Positions 1 to 12,508 of a DNA stretch of 64,000 bases are shown piece after piece (within the stretch, counting starts at the first letter, position 1; each line of letters begins with the position of its first letter). A model generated the notes under the pieces. The model worked only from the letters and a program-made list of their open reading frames with translations. It searched no databases and was not told where the DNA came from. The stretch covers positions 8,370,001 through 8,434,000 of the forward strand of contig CATOCA020000001.1 of the NCBI GenBank assembly GCA_951406725.2. The letters are read 5' to 3'. Source of the stretch: Octopus vulgaris (taxonomy: Eukaryota). Made by a program: the position numbers and the translations under genes.

Positions 1-1
1 A

Positions 2-91
2 TATTGTATGCTAAAAGTATTCCACAAGGGACATCCAGGAATCGCAAGAATGAAAGCACTGATGAGAAGCTAAGTTTACTGGTTGAATATT
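2..91 (+). pseudogene. Ty3/Gypsy integrase zinc-binding (H2C2) domain fragment
   Basis: Manual translation gives YCMLKVFHKGHPGIARMKALMRS*VYWLNI, matching the LHxGHPGIxRMKxxxRxxVYW motif. It has an in-frame stop. Confidence 0.75.
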
Positions 92-196
92 TGAACTCAG
101 AACATAAACATTTCCTCCGGCCTGCTAAGCTTTCTGTCAGCCGGATAAGGAGTTTTATTTTACTTTTGTGAAAACTGTCAAATGCATTCTTGTGTT

Positions 197-423
197 CTTT
201 TTACTTGCTTCAGTCATTTGACTGCGGCCATGCAGGAGCACCACTATTAGGCGAGCAAATCGACCCCACGATATATTCTTTGTAAACCTATTACTTATTC
301 TCAGTCTCTTTCCCGAACCGCTAAATTAGAGGGATGTAAACACACCAGCATCGGTTGTCAAACGATGTTGGCGGGGGGATAAACACAGATACACAAACAC
401 TAACGCACACATACACACACATA

Positions 424-514
<91 letters not shown>

Positions 515-896
515 TATATCATCCAGCGGAAACCACAGTTGCTCAAGGTAAAAAGGAATTCCTCTCTCTTTCAGGAACATCAGTTTTTTGTATTGACTAC
601 ATATCGCCGCTTTGATCTGTTTTTTGTATTGGATGCAGGTCGCCACCGTGAACCGCTGCATCATGCACTTTAAACATATAGCATGAACGAACTCACTTCA
701 AACTATATATATGAACTTTATAATGTCTGACTCCGTTGTGTATTATAAATGAATTTCTTGTGATTGATAGCATGAACTATCTTTTTTTATATATAACTTT
801 TTTGATAAGGTTCATTTCAGGAACTGAAACATGTTATAATGTATATATAAAAATTTAAAATTGTATAATATAGCAGCATTTTCGAACTTCATTTTT

Positions 897-943
<47 letters not shown>

Positions 944-1090
944 CGGGCTTCTTTCAGTTTTCGCCTACCAAATCCAGTCACAATGCTTTGGTTGGCCCGA
1001 GACTATAGTAGAAAACACTTGCCGAAGGTGCCACGTAGTGGGACTCAACCCAGATCCATTTGGTTGCTAAGCAAGCTTCTTATCACACAC
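197..1090 (-). mobile_element. SINE family A copy (tRNA head, CORE-like segment), split by an insertion at ~520-900
   Basis: The 3' half (197-415) and 5' half (941-1090) match intact copies at 12830-13210 and 46290-46663. Confidence 0.8.
788..849 (+). ncRNA. Minimal hammerhead ribozyme-like motif, U3-A8 core variant with degenerate stem I
   Basis: TTGATAA, stem II ggttc/gaact, GAAA, palindromic stem III acatgt, T, then a partly paired AT-rich stem I. Confidence 0.5.
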
Positions 1091-1098
1091 ACGCATTT

Positions 1099-1132
<34 letters not shown>

Positions 1133-1499
1133 CCAAACTGGGTTTCTATTCATGTTTGTTGCTGCTCTAGTTGCGATCTCTCAACTATATAGAAGCCGTC
1201 AGTTTATCGAAATTTCCTTGGAAAATTGATTTGGGAAAAAAGTGTACAAATCTCGATGCCAACACATTGTTATTGTTTCTTAATGTACCCTGTCCTCTTT
1301 TATTCTACAAAAACCTGCCACACACTGCTTGACGCTTACAGACCTGTATCCTATTCCTTTATATAGAGAGAGATACTGACACAAACACACACACATATAT
1401 ACACACACATATTACACACGTTCGTAGGCACAAGAGTAACTGTGGCAAGAAGTAATTATCTTCTGTTATAGCCGTGAGCTGACCAAAGCCTTATAAGTT

Positions 1500-2545
1500 G
1501 TGTATGGTCAGTGCATCTCCGACCGCGTCGATCAATTTGCTCAGTAGAGCAGTATTGTTCCTATACGCCAGGTTGGTAAAATGGTTACGTCTCGAAGGCA
1601 CCACCAGATACTTTCTTACAGACCTTGGCCATCAGACAATCGATGACACAGTTGAAAAGATCAGCGGTGACCTTGCAATCTTTTTGATCCCCTGTTAATG
1701 GAGAACCAGTCAGAATCCTTGCAATTCACCCGCACGCAGCACTCGGTACTGCTATACACCTGTTGGAACAGGGTGGTGATCTTGGGGGGCGCGTCGACAA
1801 GCTTGAGAACTTTCGATTACTGGTTGGGACACTCATATTTAAGTTGCAAGTGAATCTCGTCACCAAGAACCATCCCCGCCATGATTCCTCCTGTCTCCAT
1901 GATCCTAACATCGCGCCTCAATATTCGCGGGTTCTTTGATCAATCGCTTCATTACCCTGGCTGACAATGAGACTGTCAACTGAGAGATCTTCAAATTAAA
2001 TGTCAACCAGTCTGCACATTATTTCCTGGTAAATACAATACTTCTTCCGAAGGATCTTGAAGGTAATCAATTACCACCGGGAGGCCCGAATGCGTGGCGA
2101 CATGAATGAGTACAGCAGGATCGACCCGAAATGCAGCAATGCCCATCTCAGATAAAAGAGGGAAATTCTGGGCAGAAGAAGCCGAACGTCTGGAGGCAGC
2201 ATCAAAGAGCGACGACATACACCAGGTGTTGAACATGCTCCAAAGAGCCTGTGCTTGTCTCCAGTTCAAGACAGCACAGGTGAAGGATACCAATGACAAC
2301 GCCGTAGTCAAGGAAACCACCTGCTTCAAACGCTGGAAGGAGAGCTTTAGCCTTCTTCTTCATCACCCAAGTGTTCCTATCCATCGCAGCCTAACCCTCG
2401 CTGTAGACTCATCCGCAACCACATTACTTACAGATTGTGTCCTATCACCCCGACGTGGTCAGGGCCACCTTGAAGAAGCTTAACAACAGCAAAACCCTTG
2501 GAATCTACACTATCACTGCAGAGATTTTGAAGGCGGGCGGATAAA
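1500..2545 (+). mobile_element. RTE-clade LINE fragment (end of endonuclease to start of RT), decayed
   Basis: VKDTNDNAVVKETTCFKRWKESFSLLL, then after a frameshift VVRATLKKLNNSKTLGIYTITAEILKAGG, typical of the RTE linker and RT start. It lies between two halves of an old SINE-A (1425-1500 and 2745-2925). Confidence 0.75.
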
Positions 2546-2696
2546 TCATGATTCAGTGACCAGCCCACATCATCCACCAGCACCTGTGTGTCTTTCTGTC
2601 TGTCTATCTGTCTGTCTGTCTGTTTGTCTATCTATCTATCTGTTTGTCTGTCTGCCTGAATTTCTAATTGTCTTTCTAATTGTGTGTGTGTACGTG

Positions 2697-2730
<34 letters not shown>

Positions 2731-3273
2731 ATATTTCAGTGTTTGTGTGTATCGCAACATCCAATTCGTAGCCGGTGGTGGTCCATTTTCCTCGACATAA
2801 CTTAGCGGCTCTGCATTGATAGAATAAGTATCAGGCTAAACAAATAAGTCCTGGGGTCTATTCACCATTCGATTAAAATCTTTCCAGGCGATGCCCAAGC
2901 ATGGCCACAGTCGACTGACACAAGTATGTATACCTCCTTGCGACAATGTCAACTTTCATTTAATCAAGACATCTTTGGCCTTGAAAAGCAGCCTCCAGTA
3001 TAAAACAATCTCGGTCATTTGCCATTTCCAAGGTTCTGCTTGCTATGAAACATATGTAACCCGGATCCTATCGATTCCGTTCCTTAACTCTTGTATTCTA
3101 ATTCGCACACCGGGCAACCCTAATCGCCTACCGAGAAATAGGAAAAGAAATTTTTTTAAACGTTTCGAACTTCGATACGTAAAAACACCGAAACTTCCGC
3201 TTCAATAACGCACTATTGTCTTCGATCGCTTTCCCTACACCTCGATCAATGGATTTTATATATTACCTTACAT

Positions 3274-3319
<46 letters not shown>

Positions 3320-3870
3320 GTGATAGACGTTGAGAAACCAACTAAGTGATAGTATCTGTCCAATATACTGCTTGTAATGTACGCAATTATTCTTACCCAA
3401 GTGCTAGTTCCAAGTGTGTGTGTATATAAACATATATAGGCATATGTATGAGCATGTATATATATTATATATATATATTTTGTATATATGAGAGGCAATG
3501 CAAGAAGCCATGGGCTTCTGGGTGTTTACACACATATGTGTCCAAAGGTCTGGAAATGGATATATACGTGTGTGCGCATGTGTGGTGATAAGGGTGTGTG
3601 TATGAGCGAGTTTGGATATACATGTATATGGGTGTGAGTGTATATCTGGTTAGTGGTAGTATAGGTGCATATGTGGTTCTGTAGTTATATGTATGTAAGC
3701 TTGCATGAACTGAGTATAGACAGGTATATATAGGAATACCCCATCGCTTTTTGTCTACCAAGGGTATGTTACTCCATACTCCTATTAGGAATATTCTACA
3801 TAAACCTAGCTTATGCACTGGGTCTAAGAACCCGTCTCTTATGAAACTTTACAAAAAACACACGCGTGAC

Positions 3871-3901
<31 letters not shown>

Positions 3902-3928
3902 CATAATAATAATAATAATAATAATAAT

Positions 3929-4004
<76 letters not shown>

Positions 4005-4005
4005 G

Positions 4006-4048
<43 letters not shown>

Positions 4049-4065
4049 TAATAATAATAATAATT
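3871..4065 (+). repeat. (TAA)n microsatellite, ~195 bp
   Basis: Read directly from the sequence. Confidence 0.98.
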
Positions 4066-5570
4066 AGTGATGGTGTCACAATAAAAACATTGGTAATTGC
4101 GCAACCTGATAATCGCTACCTCATATGTGTGACAATGAAAAAACAAAATATTGTGAATAACGGTGGTAATGAAACTGAAGCCAATGATTGTGACAGTGTT
4201 ACACCCGGTAGGCTCAGAGATTCTGGTCCGGCTCCAGCCCGCCCATATCCAGGGAGGGACTACCACACACGGCGTAGATGGAGGAAGCAAATTAATGCTG
4301 TGGTCATGGAGTGTTAGTACCTGAGCAGCGCGGTAGATGAAAATGGTGCTCAAACTAGGGGTTCCTCATAATGTATGTATGATACTGGGAGAGAAAAGGG
4401 ATTGATTCAACTCACGGAAAAGAGTCTATGTGGTCAAGCTAGAGCAATAAGAATAAACTTGTTGGTCCACAGAAGTAGAGCTCGAAGCTATCAAAAGACG
4501 GGTCATGGAATATAGTAGCAGAGATAACAAGGAAAATACAGTCCTTAATAATAAGAGTAAACTCATAGCACAGGAAAGGAGCAGTGGTAGTCTACTTGAT
4601 CAGAGACATATAGACAATCTAAAAGAAGACAATAAAACTAATGGCGACATGACAGATGAAGAGGTCTACGACAGAATAAAGGTAAGACTACAGGAGAATG
4701 ATATAGCGACATTATTTGCTAAAAAGGTTGATCGATGGAAATTGAACCAAGAAACGAAAAATGTCAATGAAATTCTAAAATACAAAACATACAACATCAC
4801 AGAAAAAAATAATTTGATCAAGGCAGCAAGTATTGTTGAGCAGAAAACTTGGGCGTTGATGTCAAGAAAAAAACAATGGGAATGGCAAAAGAAAAGATCC
4901 ATGGTGGTAAAGAAGAACACAGGCAGGGTCAGACTTGCTCTCAAAGGAAATCTCTGGGGTAGACCGAAAAGAGAAAGGAGAGCTTCAAAGAAAACAAAAA
5001 TACAGGGCGATTTAAAGAAAGTATAATATTGAAAGAAATGGCCTGAAAGTAGTAATGGGAGAACTGAAACAGCGCCTCGTTGCAAAGAAAGCAAAGATGG
5101 TAAGATACGACCAAAGAATTTGGATAGTTAGTCTGTCTAAAACAAGCAGAACTAGTCATTTCAGTTAAGGAAGTGAAGGAAATCAGCAAAAGAAATGAGC
5201 AACTGGAAGGCCCCGGGACCAAGGCTACTGGATCAAAAAATTTGGTGAATGTCATGCACGAATAGCTGCGCAACTCAACACCTTGTTAAATGCCGACCAA
5301 GTAATATCAGAGAGGTTGGCATTGGGTAGGACAGTGCTGTGCCTGAAAAAAACATGGAAAAAGGCAATACGGTAGACAATTACAGGCCGATATCCTGTTT
5401 GCCACTTATGTGGAAATGATTGACTGGAATACTCGCAATGTCCGAACATCTGGAAAAAATGGAGTCCTGCCACATGAGCAGAAAGGTTGCAAGCGTAAGC
5501 GCAGAAGTACCAAGGATCAGTTCCTGATAGACTAAAGTGTACTTAGAGACTGCAGGAAGAGGAAAACTAG
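4066..5570 (+). mobile_element. R4/Dong-clade non-LTR retrotransposon, 5' portion, decayed
   Basis: N-terminal RRRWRKQINAVVMEC*Y..., GQARAIR, TEVELEAIKR. RT start GRTVLCLK...GNTVDNYRPISCLPLMWK and LPHEQKGCKRKRRSTKDQFLID across frameshifts. It begins right after (TAA)n. Confidence 0.75.
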
Positions 5571-6601
5571 TCATGGTAGTATTTCTGATTATTGTGGGTT
5601 AGTGAAACCGTGCAGTATCCCTTGGATTCCGCAGAAAGTGATGCAGAAGCCATACCAATGACGCTCTTCAATTTGACCGTGATAATGTCGAGTGTGTTCT
5701 CTAGCTTCTCACTAATGAAGCTCTTGTCAGTGCTACCGCTATCAATTAATGCTTCGGCTTTATAGCTATTGTTCAGTATAACCTTGGAGGTTACTCGGAA
5801 GTGTGAACCTGCTGATGCTGATACTGCCAATGGCAAATAATTTTTACTATCATCCTGTGTTACAGTTGCTGCGGTGCTCCTACATAGTTTTCCAAAATGC
5901 CCTATTTTGGGCATTTGTGATAGACTGCTTTCCGCGCAGAGCAGTGAGTCCGCAGATGTCTGGAATAGCCACAAAGCCAACATTGACAGGGGTCTCCTCC
6001 CTGCTTTGGGGAATCTATTGGAGCTACAATGGATGCAGTTGGCCTGAATTTGGCACCCTCAGAGTTTAGAAATACACAGGAACTCTGTTGCGCCACATCT
6101 AGGGAACGTGCTTGATCATAAGCTGTACCGAGGTCGACACTTTTGTTTTCTAAGAGTCTTTGTCGTATTTGATTCGAAGTGAACCCATTTATAAATGGAT
6201 CTCGAATCATTTCAGACCGGAACTGCTCAGCACTCACTGCAACAAAGTCAGTCTTTCGCTAATATTTTGAGTTCATTTAAGAACTGGTCTAGAGATTCCC
6301 CTAGTTTCTGTTTTCTTGTGGCTAAAAGATGGCGTGCCATTACGATGTTCTTTGGTTTAATGTACACACTCTTTAGTGTATTCACAGCTTGTTCGTAGTT
6401 CTTAGCTTCACTGATGAATTCGTATACGTTCGGTTCCACATAATTAACCAAAAGATTGAGTTTATCGATAACCCTACCTTCCTGCCCTGGTAGTGAGTCT
6501 ATAAAGTTGGTGAAAGTTCTAAACCAGTGATTAAAAACTTTATCAGCATTTATAGAATTTCAGTTTGTATTCAGTCTTTCAGATTTCAAGTATCTTTCCA
6601 T
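5567..6601 (-). mobile_element. Ty3/Gypsy LTR retrotransposon gag-protease region, frameshifted and truncated
   Basis: ATG at 6601. Gag YVEPNVYEFI...ARHLLATRKQKLGESLDQFLNELK and IRDPFINGFTSNQIRQRLLE; zinc knuckles CWLCGYSRH..C and KCPKIGHFGKLC; aspartic protease ALIDSGST. Confidence 0.88.
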
Positions 6602-6646
6602 ATCGTTCGCGTCTTTTCACAAGTTTCTTTCTGCAACGTTTCCCAG

Positions 6647-6818
6647 TTGTGTATTTTCAAAAATTATTTTCTTTAATTGCAATGTATAACCAGTAAGTCC
6701 TGGTTCAAAAATACTAATTTTTAGTCATAGGCCTGTACCTTATTCCGAAAGGCCGTTCTCTGTTTTCCTCTTCCTGTCAAATGCGTATGCTCTTTATATC
6801 AACGTTGTTTGCATAACA
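6647..6818 (-). repeat. Putative 5' LTR of the Gypsy element
   Basis: On the minus strand, a TG...CA-bounded ~170 bp segment with TATAAA and AATTAAA, followed by 2 nt and TGG (PBS-like), ~45 nt upstream of the gag ATG. No second LTR is present to confirm. Confidence 0.4.
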
Positions 6819-6854
6819 TTCTATATCTTACTAGTATCAGTTTAGACGCTGAGA

Positions 6855-7013
6855 ATTTCGACCCCAGTATGCAACTGGTACTTAATTTATCGACCACGGC
6901 AGGATGAAAGGCAAAGTTGACCTCGGCTGAATTTAAACTCAGAATGTAAAGACAGACGAAATATCGCTAAGCATTTCGCCCGACATGCTAACGTTTCTGC
7001 CTGCTCGCCGCCC
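6855..7013 (-). mobile_element. SINE family B fragment (tRNA-like head, Meta/MESC-like central domain)
   Basis: Homologous to 30478-30703 and 42937-43072; carries GCCTTTCATCC...GGTCGATAAATTAAGTACCAG. Confidence 0.75.
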
Positions 7014-7262
7014 TCTGTTGTTAATGATATTAATAAGGTGGCTAGCAAGTTCACACGGTTACTGGCACATTATAAGCTAAATTTAGATTCAGTAGGGTAT
7101 ATAATACCACTTGCTAAAATCAGAGCCAAAGCTCCAAAACCATCGGAATCTCACAATATATATGTATTGTGGTATTTCGGTCATTTTTGCCAAATAAACA
7201 TATGCTCTATATATTCGTTCTCTTTACTCGTTTATTAAAGTTCTTATTTTACCTCAGGTCCA

Positions 7263-7309
7263 TTGTCAGGAAATCCTTCGTCACACATCTGTGGCCTCTT
7301 CAGCGACAC
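7263..7309 (-). ncRNA. Minimal hammerhead ribozyme-like motif with G15.1-C16.1 variant
   Basis: Minus strand reads tgtcg CTGAAGA g gccaca-gatg-tgtgac GAA G gattt C C tgaca. Confidence 0.5.
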
Positions 7310-7365
7310 TTTCCGCCCCCCATGTGTGCTCCTTTTCTATTCATTCCGTGGAGTGAAGACCGAAT

Positions 7366-7475
7366 AAATAGTTCGACTGTTTAATTAGCCCCTAAAATAT
7401 AATAATGACCATCCCGAAATACAACAATACCTGTTTCAAACTCATGGTTTCAAACCAGGAATCTTGCAACACATG

Positions 7476-7518
<43 letters not shown>

Positions 7519-7974
7519 TTAGAGATAAAACCACTATTAGGCAAATCAAACAATGAAAAACATATGCCAATACATAAAATTAATTAATTTATATTATTTT
7601 AAAAATATATCAAAAGTATTAAAAGTTTAATAAAATATAACGAGGCCAGTCGGGGTGGCGCTGGCAACGGCCACATTCGGATGGTTCTCTTACGTGCCAC
7701 CGGCACTGGTATCTCAGCTGCAATTTCCATTGATCGATTTCGATTCTGATTCTCACTATCTTTTATTATACTTTTAATACTTTTGATATATTTTTAAAAT
7801 AATATAAATTAATTAATTTTATGTATTGGCTTATGTTTTTCATTGTTTGATTTGCCTAATAATGGTTTTATCTCTAATTTAATATAATATAATATAATAT
7901 ATTTATACTATAAAATTGGATTTAATCCTAAATCTGATTTTTCCCTGTAAGTTTGGATTTATTCCCTAATATTT

Positions 7975-8027
<53 letters not shown>

Positions 8028-8131
8028 CATGTGTTGCAAGATTCCTGGTTTGAAACCATGAGTTTGAAACAGGTATTGTTGTATTTCGGGATGGTCATTA
8101 TTATATTTTAGGGGCTAATTAAACAGTCGAA

Positions 8132-8138
<7 letters not shown>
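7366..8138. repeat. Nested inverted repeats around (TA)n runs
   Basis: 7366-7480 is the reverse complement of 8022-8138; 7513-7636 is nearly the reverse complement of 7760-7885. Confidence 0.92.
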
Positions 8139-8183
<45 letters not shown>

Positions 8184-8207
8184 TTAGAGATAAAACCACT
8201 ATATATG

Positions 8208-8254
<47 letters not shown>

Positions 8255-8257
<3 letters not shown>

Positions 8258-8472
8258 TATAATCAAGAGCTAAAGAAGATTATTCTAAAGCCAATACACT
8301 GATTTATCCACTTATATTCCGAAATTAATTCAATATAGAGATAACGAAATAAAAATTTTCTAAAGGTTAGTTGCCCGTTTTCAGTTTCAATTTTCCTGTA
8401 ACAAGTGGATTATAAGTGGATAAATCAGTGTATTGGCTTTAGAATAATCTTCTTTAGCCCTTAATTATACGA
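8255..8472. repeat. Inverted repeat with ~60 bp arms
   Basis: gctaaagaagattattctaaagccaatacactgatttatccacttat (~8268-8314) has its reverse complement at ~8412-8458. Confidence 0.9.
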
Positions 8473-8572
8473 TGTTTATACTTCAACCGTAACGGTTTTT
8501 TTAATATACTGCCACGCTTTCTGATGGATTCCTTTTCTGTAGAGAAAGGGACTCCATCCTATATTGTTAGTA

Positions 8573-8615
<43 letters not shown>

Positions 8616-9326
8616 CAAAATTAGAATGTTTATATAAGTATGTGTATAGCAAAGCATATGTATTTGTAAGCATGCGTATCTGTGTATGTGTAAGTGAAAG
8701 TATGCTTGTGCTTAAGCACACATATACACGACGGTATGTATATGTATCCATTCAAACTTGTGTATGTATACTGGTCTCTATAGATGCCAATAACATCGTT
8801 ACAAGTTTTTTCCCCACCCCTCCTTCGTTCCTTTTTCTCTCTTTCCCTTTCTTTCGTTCCCCCTCCTTGCTCAGTATATGAGAATTGCTACATAGATGAA
8901 TTTTAGCTTGCGTGCGAGACGGTTTGCGTGAATATATGTACACATGCTTTTATGTGTATATTTAGATTCATATTCATACGTCTGTATATGTATGTATGGC
9001 GTTTACGCGCATCCTTTTGTGTATGTTGATATATATATGTAGATTTTAATATAAATATGTATTGCAGTATTTATAACAGGTTTAATTTCTATGCATTAAT
9101 TTGCACTGTCTTCATTAACGGCAATAGGTTTTTTCCTCGTTTTTTTCCTCGGATTTTATAATTTTTATAAGTTTTTTTATATATATATACATATATTTTT
9201 GACCTTTTTGTTTATCGCTCGAAGATTGACCGTTTTTTCTAAAGGGCCAATCAAACAAGTCCATTTCTTTTTAAAGGTGTAGCGTTTGTAAGAGTATAGA
9301 TTGAATTAATATATAAGTTCCATTCT

Positions 9327-9380
9327 AGCAAAAACTGTCTGATGAACGGCAACGAGAAACTCAGAGTAACAGATTTTGTT
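9327..9380 (+). ncRNA. Minimal type I hammerhead ribozyme-like motif (canonical CUGAUGA core)
   Basis: agcaaaaactgt CTGATGA acg-gcaa-cga GAAA ctc-a-gag TA acagattttgtt. Stem I pairs at 11 of 12 positions; stem III has only a 1-nt loop, implying a dimer-type fold. Confidence 0.7.
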
Positions 9381-9404
9381 GAATTTTCTGCTGCTTAAAA
9401 TAAA

Positions 9405-9438
<34 letters not shown>

Positions 9439-10343
9439 CACGTTGGCGATCTCGGTTGGGAAAAATGCTACTACCGGTTAGCCCGAGGAGACAACATCTC
9501 CTGCTGGCTAAACGTCACACAATCTGTCCTTATATTTTCGAAAATACTGTGTAATTAGATGAATATTGTGACTAAATTCCATCAAATAGCTTTTCCATAG
9601 ATATAAGCAAACTATACCTTATATTATATCCTGGAAATATTAATGATATATAAAATACTCTCTGAAAATAAAACGGATTTCCATATAAAAGTATGTTTGC
9701 GTTGGAAAGTGATATAATGAAACTTTGACAATATTAAAGAGTAAGAAAATATTGTGTTAATTAAAACCAATAGAAGAATATCTACCTGAATAATTAATTT
9801 TTTTCAGTTGGAATCTGAAGAGTTTTTTTCTGTCAGGAATATCTTCCACGTTCAGTGAGTTCAAAGAACAGCAAACGAATAAAGAAATGTGTTGAATTTT
9901 GTCTATTTTTTGTGAGGTTATGAGACTTGGAGACGCTAAATTTTGAGATAAGAGTTTGTGTGTGCGTGTGTCTATTTCGAGATAAGAATATGTATGTGCA
10001 TATGTGAGTCTACGAATGTATGTATATGTGTCTATGCATTTGCGTGTGTGTGTATGTGTGTGTGTGTGTTGTAAACCCTACACATAACCCGTTCTGTTAT
10101 TTAATCACATAGACAACTGCTAAATCCTGACAAGAGTTATAGCAGTAAACGTTCTGTGTGTGTGTCTGTGTATTATATCTATATGTGTGCACGCATATAT
10201 TTATGTATATGTGTGTTTCTAGGCGTGCCATGTTCTCACTGCAGGTAAATAAAGGACAAATACTTGGATACGCACATACACACACATATTTATATGTAAA
10301 TATGCAGATACCATATATGTAATGTATGGCATACATACACGTG

Positions 10344-10397
<54 letters not shown>

Positions 10398-10462
10398 TAC
10401 ACACACACACACATATATATATGTGTATATATGTATGTATATATACTTATATATATTTATAT

Positions 10463-10627
10463 ACAGGCGCAGGAGTGTCTAAGTGGTACGTAGCTTACTT
10501 AGGAAGCACATGGTTCCTGGTTCAGTCCCACTGCGTGACACCTTGGGCAAGTGTCTTCTACTACAACCTCTGTCTGACCAAAAACTTGTGAGGGGATTTG
10601 GTAGATGGAAACTGAAAGAAACCTGCC

Positions 10628-10663
<36 letters not shown>

Positions 10664-10701
10664 GGCAGTTTTCTTTCAGTTTCCATCTACCAAATCCACT
10701 C

Positions 10702-10745
<44 letters not shown>

Positions 10746-10975
10746 CTGTGAGTGTGCATGTGTGTGTGTGTGTATGTTTGTGTGTCTATATTTGTCCTCC
10801 CAACATCGTGTGGAAACCGATGTTCGTGGGTCCTGGTAACTTAGCGGTTCGGCAAAAGACACCCAGAGAATAAGTACTAGGGTTACAAATAATAAGTTCT
10901 GGGGTCGATTTGTTCGACTGAAGGCGGTGCTCCAGCATGGCTGCAGTCAAATGACTGAAACAAATAAAAGAATAA
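10463..10975 (+). mobile_element. SINE family A, near full length, with an internal fold-back duplication
   Basis: Pol III B-box-like GGTTCAGTCCC, CORE-like GTGACACCTTGGGCAAGT, internal microsatellite, tail CAGTCAAATGACTGAAACAA. Confidence 0.85.
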
Positions 10976-11042
10976 TAGAATACATACACACACACACGTA
11001 CATGGATATATATGTGTTTGCATATATATATATTTACGTGCA

Positions 11043-11123
<81 letters not shown>

Positions 11124-11204
11124 CAATTGCAGCGTGGAAGGTGTTTATAAGCCATTTAAGAAACACACAAAAGCCGTTCGATTCACTTCAACATTTAAGT
11201 TTAA

Positions 11205-11254
11205 TTTGTCAAAATATTTTCGTCGCTAAAATCCGCGACCTGTTCACTGACAAA
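11205..11254 (-). ncRNA. Hammerhead ribozyme-like motif, G3-C8 swapped core
   Basis: Minus strand reads tttgtca GTGAACA g gtcgc-ggatttta-gcgac GAA aatatt T tgacaaa. It lies downstream of the PLE ORF on the same strand. Confidence 0.65.
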
Positions 11255-11381
11255 GTCCGTGCTGCATCTGAGAAAGTAACAGTTAGTTCGTCATATATAT
11301 GTACGTATGTATGTGTGTATGTATGCATACACGTATGTATGCATGTATGTATGTATGTATGTATGTATGTATGTATGTTTG

Positions 11382-11415
<34 letters not shown>

Positions 11416-11587
11416 CGTACATACGCCTGTGTATGCATGTATGTATGTATGTATGTATGTATATATGTATGTGTGTATATGCACGCACATACACACTATA
11501 AACATAAAGCTATAAACCTGTAGTGATGGTTAGATGTAGAGTGACCACTCATCACAATAATATCAAACGAGAGAGAGAGAGGGGTGG

Positions 11588-12387
11588 TTATAGAATAGTC
11601 CTTCTGAATGGGATCTGGATGTTACTCCATTCGGATTTTTGGTGGAGAGTAGGTTTGTATTCTTGTATACAAACAGCTTCTGTGACCTGTCTCAACATTG
11701 CATCGGTGGGATGTGTTGATAGGATGTTCAACTTAAGTTTCCCTAAGGATCCTTTGTGGCAGTCTACAGCATGTTGGTAGAAGATGGAGTTTTGCTTCCT
11801 TTCAATGTAGTTGTCCAGGTGTTCTTTGAACCTATCATTGATGCTTCTAGAAGTCTCACCTATGTATGACTCTGGGTTAGTCGCGCAAGCTCCCTCCTGG
11901 CACTTAATCTGGTATACAGTGCCCTTGGTTTTGCAGTTTACACGTGGATTTTGCAGTTTACATGCACAATTACTTTGACAGGTGATTCTATCAAATGGAT
12001 ATGATCTGCATAATACCGATTTGATAGTCCTACCAGTCTTTTCTACAACTTTGATTTTAAGGCCAGTAGTGCGCAGGATTTTCTTGAATGCCTTACTTAG
12101 CTCGTTCTTAGGTATGACGTCAACGAACATTACTCCGTGAAATCTCCTGTTATCATACCAAGTAACGTGTCTCATCCTTTTGTTGGTGTCCCTCTCTAAC
12201 CTATTCCAGAACTTTTTGCGGTATAGGGGGCATATACCGTTTTCGTCGTCCCTTAGGATGCGTTCGAATGTAGCTTTCGCTCTCTTGTACACTCTGACTC
12301 TATCGTCTTGTGTGTATCCGGAGCGTTGCATTCGGAATATGTAGTGCTGGATGTGTTGTTGTCGTTCTTGTGGTTGGCATAGTGGTG
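11588..12387 (-). CDS. Penelope-like element ORF, C-terminal part (RT thumb, Cys-rich linker, GIY-YIG endonuclease); uninterrupted but 5'-truncated
   Basis: CQSNCACK...NCKTKGTVYQIKC...YIGETSRSINDRFKEH...RQVTEAVCIQEYKPTLH. The first ~34 aa of the listed 300-aa ORF come from the inverted repeat. Confidence 0.88.
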
Positions 12388-12458
12388 ATACATACACACA
12401 TACATACGTACATATATATGACGAACTAACTGTTACTTTCTCAGATGCAGCACGGATT

Positions 12459-12508
12459 TTTGTCAGTGAACAGGTCGCGGATTTTAGCAACGAAAATATT
12501 TTGACAAA
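12459..12508 (+). ncRNA. Inverted copy of the G3-C8 hammerhead-like motif
   Basis: tttgtca GTGAACA g gtcgc-ggatttta-gcaac GAA aatatt T tgacaaa, with one stem II mismatch. Confidence 0.58.
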
